From assembly GCA_051362555.1 (NCBI GenBank), contig CM120642.1, forward strand, positions 310,001 through 374,000: a stretch of DNA of 64,000 nt, given 5' to 3'. This DNA comes from Lingula anatina (taxonomy: Eukaryota > Animalia > Brachiopoda). This document shows, piece after piece, positions 1 through 12,409 of this stretch (its first letter is position 1; the number at the start of each line of letters is the position of its first letter). Position numbers and translations under genes: made by a program. The notes beneath the pieces were generated by a model. That model did no database searches. It worked only from the letters and a program-made list of their open reading frames with translations, and had not been told where the DNA came from.

Positions 1-294
1 ATACATTGTTAAATATTACTCGAAAAATGATATTTGAACGAATTTTTCTGCTAGCTTTCTATGCTGAATATGCATTGGGTGGAAAAGTAGGTCACATAAG
101 TACAGTAGGTTAAATTTCTGACCAAAAATTTAAAGAAAGGAGCAGTCTAAAGCTCTTTTATGGCTGATCGAATGACTTATTCTGTTTATTACCTGGCATG
201 TCGACTTTATTTGAGTCGTACAATACACTAGTAGAAGTGGTTTCTATGTGTTACTGAAATCCACACTCCACCGATGCACGGTTCACATGTACCT
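1..294. mobile_element. Right end of a Kolobok-like non-autonomous element (same family as 50452-50828)
   Basis: Colinear similarity to 50545-50828, ending ATGTACCT followed by TTAT. Confidence 0.55.
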
Positions 295-947
295 TTATAC
301 TGATCTCAAACTGTTATGATGTTACCTACCACGGGCAGGCTATTCAAATGTAAAAACTAGTCAAGAGCTATGGTTTCTTCTTTTTTATATTACTTTTAGT
401 CACCAGGCCCCGGTTGCACCAAGTGGAGTAAATATGCTAAGATACACTGTACGACTGTCGTAAACCGCAACGTTTGGCGTCCGGGCGCCAGGTTTATACT
501 CTCCCAGTTTACACCCGTTACAGCAAGACAAAACATGATAAGTCTTAACTACGTCCTGTATATTACAGGCGTAATTTAAGACTAGCTTTAGACTGGCGTA
601 AAACTACTCCAGATTCGGGATTGTATACTTACAGATTCCAGAACTAAAAGATTGATATAGGTATTCAAGTCTTTTAAGGCGTATAAATACGTTACCTCAA
701 TATTTCTTGATCAACCACTTATTCCAATACAATTACTACAGGCGCGGATCCGGGATTAAAGGTGGGGGGGGTCCATGGATGCGAAACCGACCCCTCCCTG
801 CCCCATTGGTTTGGGGTTCTTGTCACGCTCAAGGGCTCCGAAAATAGGGCGAACAGTGCCATTTGGTGCGGTCTAAAACTATGATTTAGCTAGTCAAAAT
901 TCTAAATCTGCTACTGCACTAATAGAGGGCACAATAATGATGTACTG

Positions 948-1110
948 CAGGCCCGTAGCCAGCAATTTAAAAAGGGGGGTTCTTTTTCTGAAAAAGTGGG
1001 CCTTTTCCTATAAAGACTTCATGAACCTAGATCAAATTTTACCCACCAAAAAAGGCGGTTCTTTCGAACCCCCCGAACCCCCCCCCCCCCCCTCCCCGGC
1101 TACGGGCCTG
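948..1110. mobile_element. MITE, hAT-like
   Basis: Perfect 13-bp TIR CAGGCCCGTAGCC / GGCTACGGGCCTG; flanks TACTG / TTCTG. Confidence 0.65.
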
Positions 1111-1662
1111 TTCTGTAATCTTTGGAGTTGCAAAGGTGGTATTTTGTTCGAACGGTCAAACTATGAATGTATGAGGAACAAAATGAATAATTTTATGTCT
1201 AAATGACTGGGCAGCCGTTTAGAGCATACAGTGCCTTCCTGGCGTTAACTTTAAATGGAACGGCCTGGTTTTTATGTGTTTTTGACCATGGCCTCATATT
1301 GCATATAATTTAATTTGTTTTATATCATGCGTAAATTTGGTAAGTGACATGATTTTGTCTGAAAAGAAAAAAATAGGAAACTTTTCGAGATAAAACATTA
1401 CTGTAGAGCACTTTAATACAGGGTAAAGGCATTCACAAGCAGAGCTGTACATATATGACAAATTGGGGTTGAGATATTCAGCCATAAAATATGTGAAATG
1501 TTGACCATTGTGTTTGGCCTGAGAAATCCCTGAGAAATCGTGTCTGACTTGTGACGATACATATGGACCACATTCAAATAGTATCCATATTCAAGTAGCG
1601 CGTACGTTGCGTCCCTCCATGATTGACTCACATGAGAGACACAGATGTCAGTATGTACTCAC

Positions 1663-1799
1663 CTGTTCCCTCGCTGTCTATCAAGATAGTGACAAATCCT
1701 TTCTCTCTGTTTCTCAGAACCTTTGTTCCCATCCAAATACCGAACGTCTGAGGATTCATTTCATTTCCAAGCTCAAACGCATCATGGGCTCCAATCATC
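1663..1799 (-). CDS. GBP: GBP-A G2/G3 exon
   Basis: 137 nt; MIGAHDAFELGNEMNPQTFGIWMGTKVLRNREKGFVTILIDSEGT; donor GTGAGT. Confidence 0.92.
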
Positions 1800-2743
1800 C
1801 TGTAGTAAAAAAAAAAGAGAAATAAAAAAAAGAAAAAAAGAAAGAAAAAAAAAAGAAAGAAAGAAAAAAGAAAAAAAGCATTTAATCAACAAAAGCAACG
1901 TAAGTGTAATGTTAATAATTGACAGCCACGAATGGATAAGAAGGAGGGAGTGTTTTGTAAGGTAACTTGATTGACATGACCTCGTTGTACTTTTAAAATT
2001 CAGAATGTAATGTAAACGAGAAAGATCGATGTAAGAGGTTGCAAAGAGACGAACGAATTGTAGATATGGTAGTTAGGAAGTGACAATAAAGAATATGAAG
2101 GGATATGAAAGTTGTGTAGTTTTTACTTCGCGTAACCAGTAGGACAAAATCAACAACTTCTTCTCATAAGGACAGCAGGACACAAAATATATTTTATGCT
2201 CTTAATTTGTGATATATCTTATAATAGCAGTTTTCATTGGGAAAACACCTAAAAGGTCGAATTATTTTAACTTTGGCGAATTAGTTGTATTTTATACGAA
2301 GCTTTCACGGAGTTGTGGTTCTGTTTTTCTGTACTCAAAATGACTTCTGCTATCAACCGATTAAACTTCAAATCACATTAAATTGGTCATATAGTACACA
2401 TACCTTGATAAAACGTAAGATTTTCCGCTCCGTGCTGGTCCACAAATCCCCAGTACGCTGACCGGATCTGTTACGTCCCGCAGCAGCATCAGAGCTTCTT
2501 CCACCAGGACCAGTTTGGTTCTTTTTTCACCTTCCTGCTTAACAACCTTGCCTGAAGACGAATCATACTGAAAGTCGTTCGGCAAAATCAGAGGCACAGA
2601 GGTCTGCCTTGTTGCCAGATCTCTTTGGGAGATGGGCAATATCTCGTAGCCCTGCGATCTATGAGGAGCCGGAAGCGTTCTGTCATCTGTTGCCATGTTT
2701 CCACAGCTGGTTTCTGTAAAAGAAATGAGGGTACGATGACACT

Positions 2744-2778
<35 letters not shown>

Positions 2779-4048
2779 CTGTGTAAATATGCACTCGCCT
2801 CGAGTTCTTACATTGGACTAAGCATGTTGTGTATACGACACGTGGTATCTTTTTTCAACCTGCTCTTGTAAACATCACTCGGGGTTATCCATATGTTGTT
2901 AAGATGGCGGTAATTTGAAAACAATATTTGATAGGTAGAAGGTTTAAAAGACTGTTTTTGGTGGTTAGAAGACTTTAAACGTGAGAAATGGGACATTATG
3001 CCACTAGGGCCAGGTGGGTTCTTTTCTCACCTTCCTGCTTAACAACCTTGCCTGAAGATGGATCATACTTAAAGTCGTTCGGCAAAATCAGATGCAAAGA
3101 GGTTTGCCTTTTTGCTAGATCTCTTTGGGAATTGGGCAATATCTCGTAGCCGTGGGATCTATGAGGAGCCGGAAGCGTTCTGTCATCTGTTGCCATGTTT
3201 CCACAGCTGGTTTCTGTAAATGAAATGAGGATACGATGACACTTATATGTGTGTGTGTGTGTGTGTGTATGTGTGTGTGTATGACTGTGTAAATATGCAC
3301 TCGTCTCTACTTGTCTTACATTGGACTAAGCATGCCGTGCATACGACACGTGGTATCTTTTTTTCAACCTGCTCTTGTAAATATGACCAGGGGTTATCCA
3401 TATATTGTTAAGATGGCGGTAATTTGATAGCAATGTTTGATAGGTAGAAGTTTTAAAAGACTGTTTTTGGTGGTTAGAAAACTTAAATGTGAGAAGCGAG
3501 ACAATTTGCCATATTAGATAAGTTGGGTCACATGCTGCCATACTGTTCAATCTCATTAATTTCGTAAGGTTAATGTTCTGTTTTTTCTGTAACGTATGTG
3601 CTGTTATCAATAAGATATACAGTACACATTGAAACCCATATATGTATGGTCAGAAGATAACTTGGTTTTGCATATGAGTGCGCATAATATTCTGGCTGTC
3701 ACATATTTCTTGAAAAAATCTTCCGTAAAAGACAAATGACAACTTTTCAGTCTCTATCTCTCTCTTGTATAAAAATACAATATTCCCTTCTTAATTTATA
3801 CGTCTTAAAAGTATTTGATACAACAAATGTGGAACAGTAAAAGGTACGGAGCATTAAGATGGATCTTTATGGATCCCAACCCGCGACATACTACCTGTGC
3901 GTCCTTGGGGAACTACATTATGTATTGGTATTTGGGGGCTCTGCCTCCTCACTGGCCATGAGGATCTTCCTGGAATTCGCTCAGTGCCACTTCCTGTATA
4001 CTGGGAAAGGATATGTAATTCTCCAGATTTTGAGGGTGCACAGCCCAT
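1663..4048 (-). CDS. GBP: Guanylate-binding protein paralog A, 5' part; remaining exons not found, presumably beyond the left edge
   Basis: Join 4048-3895, 2713-2404, 1799-1663. The last two exons have the same sizes (310 and 137 nt) as their GBP-B counterparts. Motifs GPARSGKS, QTFGIWM, DSEG. Confidence 0.82.
2404..2713 (-). CDS. GBP: GBP-A P-loop exon
   Basis: 310 nt; MATDD...VSVLGICGPARSGKSYVLS; about 19 of 98 residues differ from GBP-B. Confidence 0.92.
2996..3213 (-). pseudogene. Truncated duplicate of the GBP-A P-loop exon
   Basis: Tandem unit ~3000-3505 copies ~2500-2997 at an offset of about 500. Acceptor is intact, but the frame ends LALVA stop before the P-loop and the donor is missing. 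Confidence 0.85.
3895..4048 (-). CDS. GBP: GBP-A candidate first coding exon (MGCAPSK...)
   Basis: Acceptor TTTCAG before 4110, ATG at 4048, CAG/GTAGTA donor after 3895 (alternative donor after 3892). Both donors are phase 1 and join in frame to the next exon (ETSCGNMATDD). Confidence 0.65.
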
Positions 4049-4796
4049 GATCTAGTGACGCCTTTTTTCCTTCAATTAGCTTGTATCTAGTATCAGGCCG
4101 AATTCTTCATCTGAAACATACCCAAGCATTTAAGAGATTTTGGTGAAACTTTTACATCTTTTTATTTGTGGCACGTACTATGCCTAAAAGGATAAGAATT
4201 GAATACAGAAATGTTAAAAGAAAATAAAATGTGATTTTACAAGCTCATACTAGTAACCAGTAACAGAACGATTTTATTGTTCTATGCAATTATTATCATA
4301 TTCATTGACAATTTTATCTAAACACATGCAATAAATAGTGCCAGCAAATTGAACAATTCTAAAAACATCCCAGACTCAATAGGTGTATTAATATATACAT
4401 ATGCCTAGGATCCTGGATTATAGCAACTACGTAAATGATATCCCGCTTCATCAAATGGTTACTTATTTACTGTGTGGAATTGACAGAATCTGCACTACAT
4501 CTGCTCTTCACAAATCACTTGACACAGCTGTGAAAGCTAAACAATGGCTGAGCTAAAATAAGTAGGATAGCTTTTTACAGATCAAGCTAAAATGTGATGG
4601 ACATAATCAGGACTGTTATGAACTGTTCCCTTTCCTTTAAGATATAAGTAAATGTATAATTATATCAATAAGTGAATACGTACATAAATAGTAATGATAT
4701 AGCAATACAAATATACCGGTAGTACCAATGAAGGAATAATAACAGTGATTTGTGTGACAGAATGCAATCCAGTAAAGAGAAGGGTTTCTTTTATTC

Positions 4797-4801
<5 letters not shown>

Positions 4802-4877
<76 letters not shown>
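4802..4877. repeat. (TA)n microsatellite
   Basis: Pure TA run. Confidence 0.95.
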
Positions 4878-4881
<4 letters not shown>

Positions 4882-5189
4882 TAGGCAGGACAAAGGTAAT
4901 AGGCTCCCCTTTACATATTACAGTGGTCGGAATAATTTTGTTTCCGTTGTACACCGGTGTAACATCGTTCGAAATGTTTTAATCCCTATCTTGTGAATAG
5001 AAGGGGGCGGACAAACAATGGAGGGCCGTATAAATCCCTTCAAAATTCGAACGCACAAACACAATAGCTTAGGTGGAATAACACAATACTTAATACGAGT
5101 GAACCCCATGACGCCGGTTTCTGTGGCCCAGCGCGAGCGTGACAATACGCTGTAACTAGGTGTAATCAACAGCAGGATACATCAGCCAG

Positions 5190-5360
5190 AAGGTCCCTAT
5201 TGTTTGTTGCGGCGATAGGATTATAGCTTGAAGAGGCTAAACCCATGCTAAGGCGTGCCACGCGAAGCGAACTGTCCTTTTGTTCACTAGTTTGGCACGC
5301 ACAGCTGGTTTTTAGTGTTGCTAACAAACTGCTAGTTAAATTTGTTATCAGTTATTTCAT
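5190..5360. repeat. Diverged inverted copy (R1) of the 9010-9240 element
   Basis: AGCGAACTGTCCTTTTGTTCAC at ~5266 matches the reverse complement of TTGAACAAAAGGATAGTTCGCT at ~9092; similarity extends on both sides. Confidence 0.6.
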
Positions 5361-6199
5361 CCTATATGAAATTTCCGCAGTCAAAAATTGAACTAATTAT
5401 TGTTTGTTTGGTTGAAATGCAAGAGCGTCAGCATCAATCTGTCTCAAAAAATTCCTATTGCATTAATTTATAAATGTATAATTCATTTATGTACTTACGT
5501 TTTAATTTGAAATATCTGCATTCAAGCGTTCAAGTATTTATAAAACATGAATGATAATGAAAGAGGAATAAGGAAATAACATATTACTTATATTATGCTT
5601 ATATTATAATATTGAAATTAAATGAGGTGCATTGACATAGGCGCAATGACAATCCAACTACAACGTGCAACAGGGGGAAGTCTGGCTGTATGATCATACA
5701 ATATACGAAAGTACGGTCAATTAAAAGTGTAAATCATCAGTTAAAGAGGAGGGGGTCTTACTATAGCTCGCTATCTATTGTTAAACCCGACTGTTATTAT
5801 CTCTCGAACAAGCTTAAAGCATGCCTATACAATTACTGTGTCTCCGGCTGCCGTTCAGAAACACTATGTCGAACATATTTTGCTACAGTGAGAAACATGG
5901 TACACTAGCGACTTGTTTTAGATCACTCAAGAAAGGATGCATACGTGCCACACCAGAGGAAAAACAATCAAGTATGCATCTGATCCTTTAATAGTAATTG
6001 CACAGTGCATGTTACTAGACCTTTGTCCTAACTCAGTAGTTAGGAATAGGATGTTTGGATAAAAAGCTTCTATTCAACTCGCTTAGACCTAGGGCGTGAT
6101 GCTATCATCCGATGAAACACGTAACTGAACCCTCTACCTGTACCTGAAGTCCCTTTAGCTGAAACAAAAACTGCCCCTTGAACATGTCCATTTTTTAAT

Positions 6200-9100
6200 C
6201 GTCAAATGATTTGTGATTTCATTGAACGTCTTTGATCGAAAGCTTTCAAGTGACAATAACCGAACCGTGTGTTGATTATATATTAAAGCGTAATTAAGTT
6301 TCTTCAACATGATCTATTTTGTAAACGATACTTGCCAAGATTGAGCTTGGATTGATCACCGTCACTATTTAGCTACTCGCCTATAATGCGTGCTGAACGA
6401 CAGACAACTTAAAAATATTATCTGTGTAACTGTGCAAATGAACGCATTTAGTTAAAATATAACGAAGCCGGCATTTAATCCATTGAACATATTTATATTT
6501 GTTCTTTTAAACCCAGTGTAAGGTTAACGCAAAATCAAAGCCAGCCTTGCAGACTGGTTTTGTTTAAACTGTCGTGCATCATGTAAATCTAAGTAAAGCC
6601 TGTTTCTACTTCGCAGTGTTCATCCCAGCCATAAAACTGCATGAAGGATAACAACACTCCATAGACCTGTGCTTCAGGTTTCCAGGAGTCCCGTGTAACA
6701 CAATAATATCGAAGGCCTGAGAGTAATACATATATGAGGCCGTGTATGAAAGATTTAACAAATTAGAAATTCAAGAATTTATACATGCTTGGTACATGCA
6801 CATCACTTAATAAGTCATTTCACAAAAATCGCATCTAATATTGTTTAGATTAACCTTTACTTTTATCGATCTCATCCCATTGTCTTAACCACCTAAAAGA
6901 AATATAGTGAACATGAGGAAAAGTAACACGTTTACATGCAGGCGAAGGAGTTAAACTTCAATATTAATCGCGAACAATATCAACAGCGACTAAAGGCCGT
7001 TGTCTGTCTTTCACACTTTTACACAATCACACGAAGGTTTAATAAAGGGAGTCGCGACGCGATATCTATCTCTTTCATTCGAACAAGCAAAGGGCTGACC
7101 CGAAGTAAGCTTTCTATACTAATGTCCTTTTTATTGTATATTGTAATTACTCTACTTGCTCGCCTCCATTGTCTTGTAAAAGTGACAAAGAAAGTGTTGT
7201 ATTCACACACGAGTTGAAAGAACTTTGCATAACTCCTTTGCCTTAAGTTGCATTATGTCTTTCTCAAGGTTATAATCAGTGTGAAGAGGGTGTCTTGCCT
7301 CATTTAAAAAGGGTGTTGTTCTTCATACTGGTTGTTGCTTAACTTATGCTAATCTTAAACTTTTATGTACCAATATGGTTTTAATAAATCGCCAAAATTA
7401 TGAATTTAATGAACATTGTGTATCAAACGTTTTGATACGATTTAAATAAATGGACGAGGAGGATTACGGTATTAGGTTCTATTTACCTCTGGCTTTAACT
7501 TCGCCCTGCTATATAAATGAACAAATGTTGCAGATCGTAACAAAAAACTTTCTTATAGTGTTTTATGACATATATGATTTACACATTTGGTAGTGAAACA
7601 CTCCTCGACTTTAACGAATCACCTGACGTAAACTGTCTACCCGCGCTCCCCGAAAAAACTGTTTCTTTTAATATTGAAATGAATTGCTTTTAAGGCAAAG
7701 AAGTCCATTAAACCCTTTAGTCTCAACATCATTGTACAGCATGTTGTAATCGATATTTAAAAAAGTTAATTTTGTACTTCGCTTTCATCGAGGATACCTC
7801 AAGTTGAGGTTACAATTACATCGCTCGCCTATGCTACTGGAATATATATTTAAGGACAAATTAAGCTTTGTAAAGTCCCTATTGTCACACACCATAGATA
7901 CTTTATTTTGTCTTGAATGAAAAAATAGCCTCAATTTATCGTTTTGTGCTTAAACCTTTCATTACTTGAAGCAAGATCTGTACTATAGCTACCAAGACGT
8001 ACATGCATCAAGTTGGGTCTGCTGGGGGAGGGGAGCATTTAAATGATAAACGAGGAAGTCTACCTGCAAAAGCAGCAGCAGTGGTTTAAATAATCGCTAT
8101 CTAGACTCCTTTTTCTTTGACAGCAACATAAAAAGTGTTTAGGGAGAAAGTCACACAAAGACCCGACGTTGTTTTGTCTTCAGCATTTCCTCTTCCTTGT
8201 TATCTGCAATTACTATCGTCAATTAATGAAATCGAGAAAGCAATTAAGTGACGGCACATTGAATATAGTCACTAGGTGCATTTCACTGAGTGTTTACAAG
8301 ATCTAGCGACACATTTTATCTCCACGCGTTCTAGTTTGATTAGTTTAGAAAATTAAACAGTTACTCTGGCGGCTCTCCGTCATTGCTATGAATCTGACAT
8401 CGAATTTAGTCCAAAATATTAGTAAATTCAGAATTATTAGCTAAAACGTAAATTGCGCTAATTTGTCAGATAATCAAAAATGCCGGTGATCCACGCGGAG
8501 GGTACGCTTTCCTGAAGGTAGCGGCGACGAACGGCGACGATATTTTTCTGAATAGTGAACCTTTATTAGTTACGAAAAGCCCCCTTTTCAACAGGCACGT
8601 TTTATTAATTACTTCATGTCACAAAGTTAATTTATACAGGCAAAACTTTATTCAAGGAAATAGTTTCACGAAATGAACGAGAGTAAAATATAAGTCGGCA
8701 CAAATATAAGGCATACAACAATGAGTAATGTTATGGATCATGTTATGGGCCATGTCGGATTATAATGGCATACATGTACCTTGATGCAAAACAGTCTATC
8801 GTTTCTTCCACCGCGAGTCCCTTTATTTAATGTAATGTATTACTCATTACCCGTTTCATTTGACACTCTCTCTTTTTATCTTCCTTCCCCTTTCTCTTGT
8901 TAGAAGGAGGGTAAATAATTAAGCACTCAAAATCTGCACCACCAAACTTCAGAAAAACATAAGTCGACGAACCAGTGGGCTGATCCACAACATCCGACAC
9001 AGCAGAATGAATCAAATAACAGCTAGCACAAATTTATATGCAGTTAGCTATAGTGTCACTACATACATAATCAGCTGCACGCGCGAAGCTGTTGAACAAA

Positions 9101-9333
9101 AGGATAGTTCGCTACGGGAGACCGTTTGTTTACATAAGTACTCTAAGGGGGCGTGGCTACCCAGGCGACCAGGGGATTAGGCTAGTTACTATATGCCGTC
9201 AACAATCGTTTAGCGACCTATCATTATACACTCTCTCTATTGTATTTTCCACCGCATTAATCGCAGTGTAATCTTCAAATGGTCCGCGGGGTAAATGTAC
9301 ACATTCTTAATCCAAGTACGGTAGATTTCTAAG
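6200..9333. repeat. Non-coding block homologous, in inverted orientation, to 59537-64000
   Basis: 6204-7480 matches revcomp 63200-64000 (with gaps), 8827-9070 matches revcomp 62590-62835, and 9070-9333 matches revcomp 59537-59803. Confidence 0.85.
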
Positions 9334-9664
9334 CTTGTTAAATTGTCTTTGTTGCAATAAATATTAGACATTGGGTCTCATTTACCTACAGTTTGTTTTA
9401 GCTAAATTCCTCAAAATAGGAATGTACTGAGTCACTCTTATGTTAAATCCTATTTCTACGCTATGCTTTTTCCTAAAATCATGAGGATATTAACGGCTGT
9501 TCATATCAATAAGTGTCAATAATGTGATATATACTCACTTGCTATATTAATAATTTTTGATAGTTCAATTTGAGTAATTGTATATATATAATTGCACTTA
9601 TATCAATGATGAAATACAAAATATTTGTAACTTAGTTATGTGACCTGCGTTTGCTAAATCATGT

Positions 9665-9823
9665 CTTCATCATCATCATTTAGAGCCTATAGTCGTCCAC
9701 TGTTGGGCAAAGGCCTCAGCATGCTTTTTCCAATGTTTCCTATCCTGAGCCTCAGATTTCCAGTTTGGCCAAGGTTTCTTCTTCCAAGACTTCCAGTAGT
9801 CATCTAATTCATCTATCATCTAG
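9665..9823 (-). mobile_element. 5'-truncated RTE-type LINE 3' end
   Basis: Minus strand reads AQDRKHWKKHAEAFAQQW followed by a (GAT)n tail; 14-bp TSD TTGCTAAATCATGT at 9651-9664 and 9824-9837. Confidence 0.75.
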
Positions 9824-10823
9824 TTGCTAAATCATGTGTATCCAGGTATATCATCTAGTTGCTAAATCATGTGTATCCAGGTATATCTGTGATTTGGTCT
9901 AAAAGTGCAATTTAAGACCAAAACTGGACTGACACGATCTTAAAGATTAATTAAGGAGTCTTAATTTGATTTTAAGAATAAATACGAAATGAAAGTCCAG
10001 TGCTTAAGTCTATAATTGGCCTGGAATCAAATGAAGTGGTAAAGCAATTATCTCCCCTCACAAATTCAGTCCAATCGTCAAATATGCAGCGGCAGTGAAT
10101 ATAGCAATCAAGCAGAGGGCCATTGTGTGAGTAGCAAAGGGTGGTCTCTTGTCAAGTAAGTGATAATTGCCTATAGACAAAAAATGACACTACACAAATT
10201 AAATAAAATGCCATTCAAAAATATATTTTTTAAAAATGTGTAAAGCGACACTAGGTTTGACAAAAATTTCCAGCAACAAGGGCTGGGCGCAGTCCACTGT
10301 ATTTGGACATTGTCAGTTTGGTGTGGACAACCTTCCAACTCACAGATTAGTCAAATAAGCTTAAAACATGAACCAAACAGAAAAGGGAAATGACTGGATT
10401 CGGGCCACTACGCATTTTACGGTATGTTGGAAATTATACCACCCGAATAACAACACGCATCAAACTAAAATCCACAACCGCCAAAATCTGAAGGAAGAAA
10501 TAAGAAAAATAAGAAAAAAGTCAAATTTTTGGGAAGAATTGAGAAAACAACAAACTCAGAACATATGGAAAAAATTAAACATACTTATAAAGCTGGACCT
10601 TATTTTAAAAAATAAAAATAATAATATTTTTCAAGATTGCAACCCAGTGGGTTGAAGTTGTATATAGAATATTAAGAACGTGATAATAAAATGTTATTTG
10701 CTTGAATGAAACTGAGTTAAAAGACTGCTACTTGAACTTTAAAATTACTGTACTTACTGAAGGATAAAAGACATAATTATACTATTGGAAATTTAAAAGT
10801 GCATATGAATAAAAGAGCATCGG

Positions 10824-11890
10824 CAAAGAGCATGCGCAGTAAAAAAATTTCAAAAACAAATGAATAAAGACAATTTACATGAAAAAATTGAGCTCCCTAT
10901 AATTTCAACCCAACTTCAATGGCTATTAAAATTTACAAAAGGGGGGAAACCTTTTTACAATATTTTGAACTCAAACGAAATGAAAAAGACTAATGCAATG
11001 TCAAAATGGGAACTCCTTTCTAAAGAACCTCTCACAGCTGAAGAGTGGAAAATCTTGAATAACATTCCTTTCCAATGTACTTTAGATACTAAACTGCGCT
11101 GGTTTCAATTTAGAGTATCAAAAAGAATTTTAGCTACAAATAATTTTTTACGAAAAATTGGGATAAAAGACACAGAGACCTGCTCCTTCTGTAACGAACA
11201 CCCTGAAACTCTTCAACACTTATTTATTGAGTGCAAAGTAATTGCTCCCCTTTGGGCAAAAATACGAGACTGGATCCATTTAAAGACTGGACTTGTATTA
11301 CAATTAACAGCATCTGATATAATTCTAGGAATTCCAAATTTGAAATGCAATGCGCTCAACAGTTTGCTGATCATAACAAAATTTATTATATATAAATTTA
11401 AAATGAAAAACATTACCCCGAACATAGAAAATATTAAAATAGAATGGAGACAGGCCTACATCGCAGAGAGAAATATAAGTCTGAGAAACATGACAATAGA
11501 TAAATTTAATGAAAAATGGAAAAAGCTGCAGCCTCTCTTCCTGGAATGATATCTTCTATCTGCGTATGTTCCCCTGCCGATATTTGATAGTAAAACACAT
11601 ATTTGTTTTTATCTGTATTAGATCATATTATTTATTAAGTATTATTAAGTATTTTACTATTAGGTTATCAATATATCGTTGTTGACATATATATCAAATG
11701 ACACAGTAACTATATATATATATATATATTGCAAATGACTGAGTGTCTCTTTGTGAGTGAGTGAGTGAGAGAGTGAGTGTGATTTTTATTTAGTTATTTA
11801 TAAATTTTATATTTTTTGCTGAAATCTGTACTTATTTGAGATTTGCAATAAAAAAATAAAAAATAGAAAAAAAATAAAATAAAAAAAATA
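10824..11890 (+). mobile_element. 5'-truncated L1/Tx1-like LINE (ORF2 C-terminal zinc knuckle)
   Basis: ORF 10860-11549 with KLRWFQFR and CSFCNEHPETLQHLFIEC; A-rich tail; 16-bp TSD AATAAAAGAGCATCGG at 10808-10823 and 11891-11906. Confidence 0.88.
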
Positions 11891-12409
11891 AATAAAAGAG
11901 CATCGGAATCTATCGGTCTTAAATTTTGGCACTTTGTATCTATTGTTTGATCTTACAAGATGATTGGATTGCTTAAATGTTATTCAGTTTGTCAGAGGGT
12001 TCAGTTATTTTGTAAAAGAAAGTTTTGCACAGATCTTCCCGTCTTTTATGTAAAGTACACATATTTGCCAGGTTCAGGTTTGATCCACATGAATACCCCA
12101 TTTTAAGTCATTGATAATATGGATGCCCAGAAGTTTGAACTCTGTAACATCATAGATTGGCGTGTCATTTACAACTACTGGTGGAAGATCTGGTGTAGAA
12201 CTTGGGGTGAAATTTAGGGTCATACTTTTTTTTTGGCATTCAGTTTCATATTGTTATGACTTTCAAACTGATAAGAAATGCGGCACGCGTGTTTCTACCT
12301 AGGGTAACTGAAAATAACAGTTTACCTTATTTACATCTAAACAACTGAGGAAGGTCAATCGAATATTCTAGAACTATCTGTCCAATTCTCTTTTGAGGTT
12401 ACATTGATA

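Noticed and set aside
1-330. Similarity to 50545-50828 suggested GBP-A had lost four exons by deletion
   Set aside because: The shared sequence is a TTAA-flanked element whose flanks differ at the two sites (nested in a MITE at 50452, not here). These are independent insertions, so later GBP-A exons are probably just outside the window.
4716-4957. Possible second CCGG-flanked Ginger-like MITE around the TA run
   Set aside because: CCGG occurs on both sides, but terminal similarity is too weak to call
4637-4996. ORFs with YIYIYI runs (also the extension of 58146-58415)
   Set aside because: Artefacts of (TA)n microsatellites
10368-10655. Lys/Asn-rich 95-aa ORF
   Set aside because: No recognisable motif or splice support; possibly a very decayed LINE fragment
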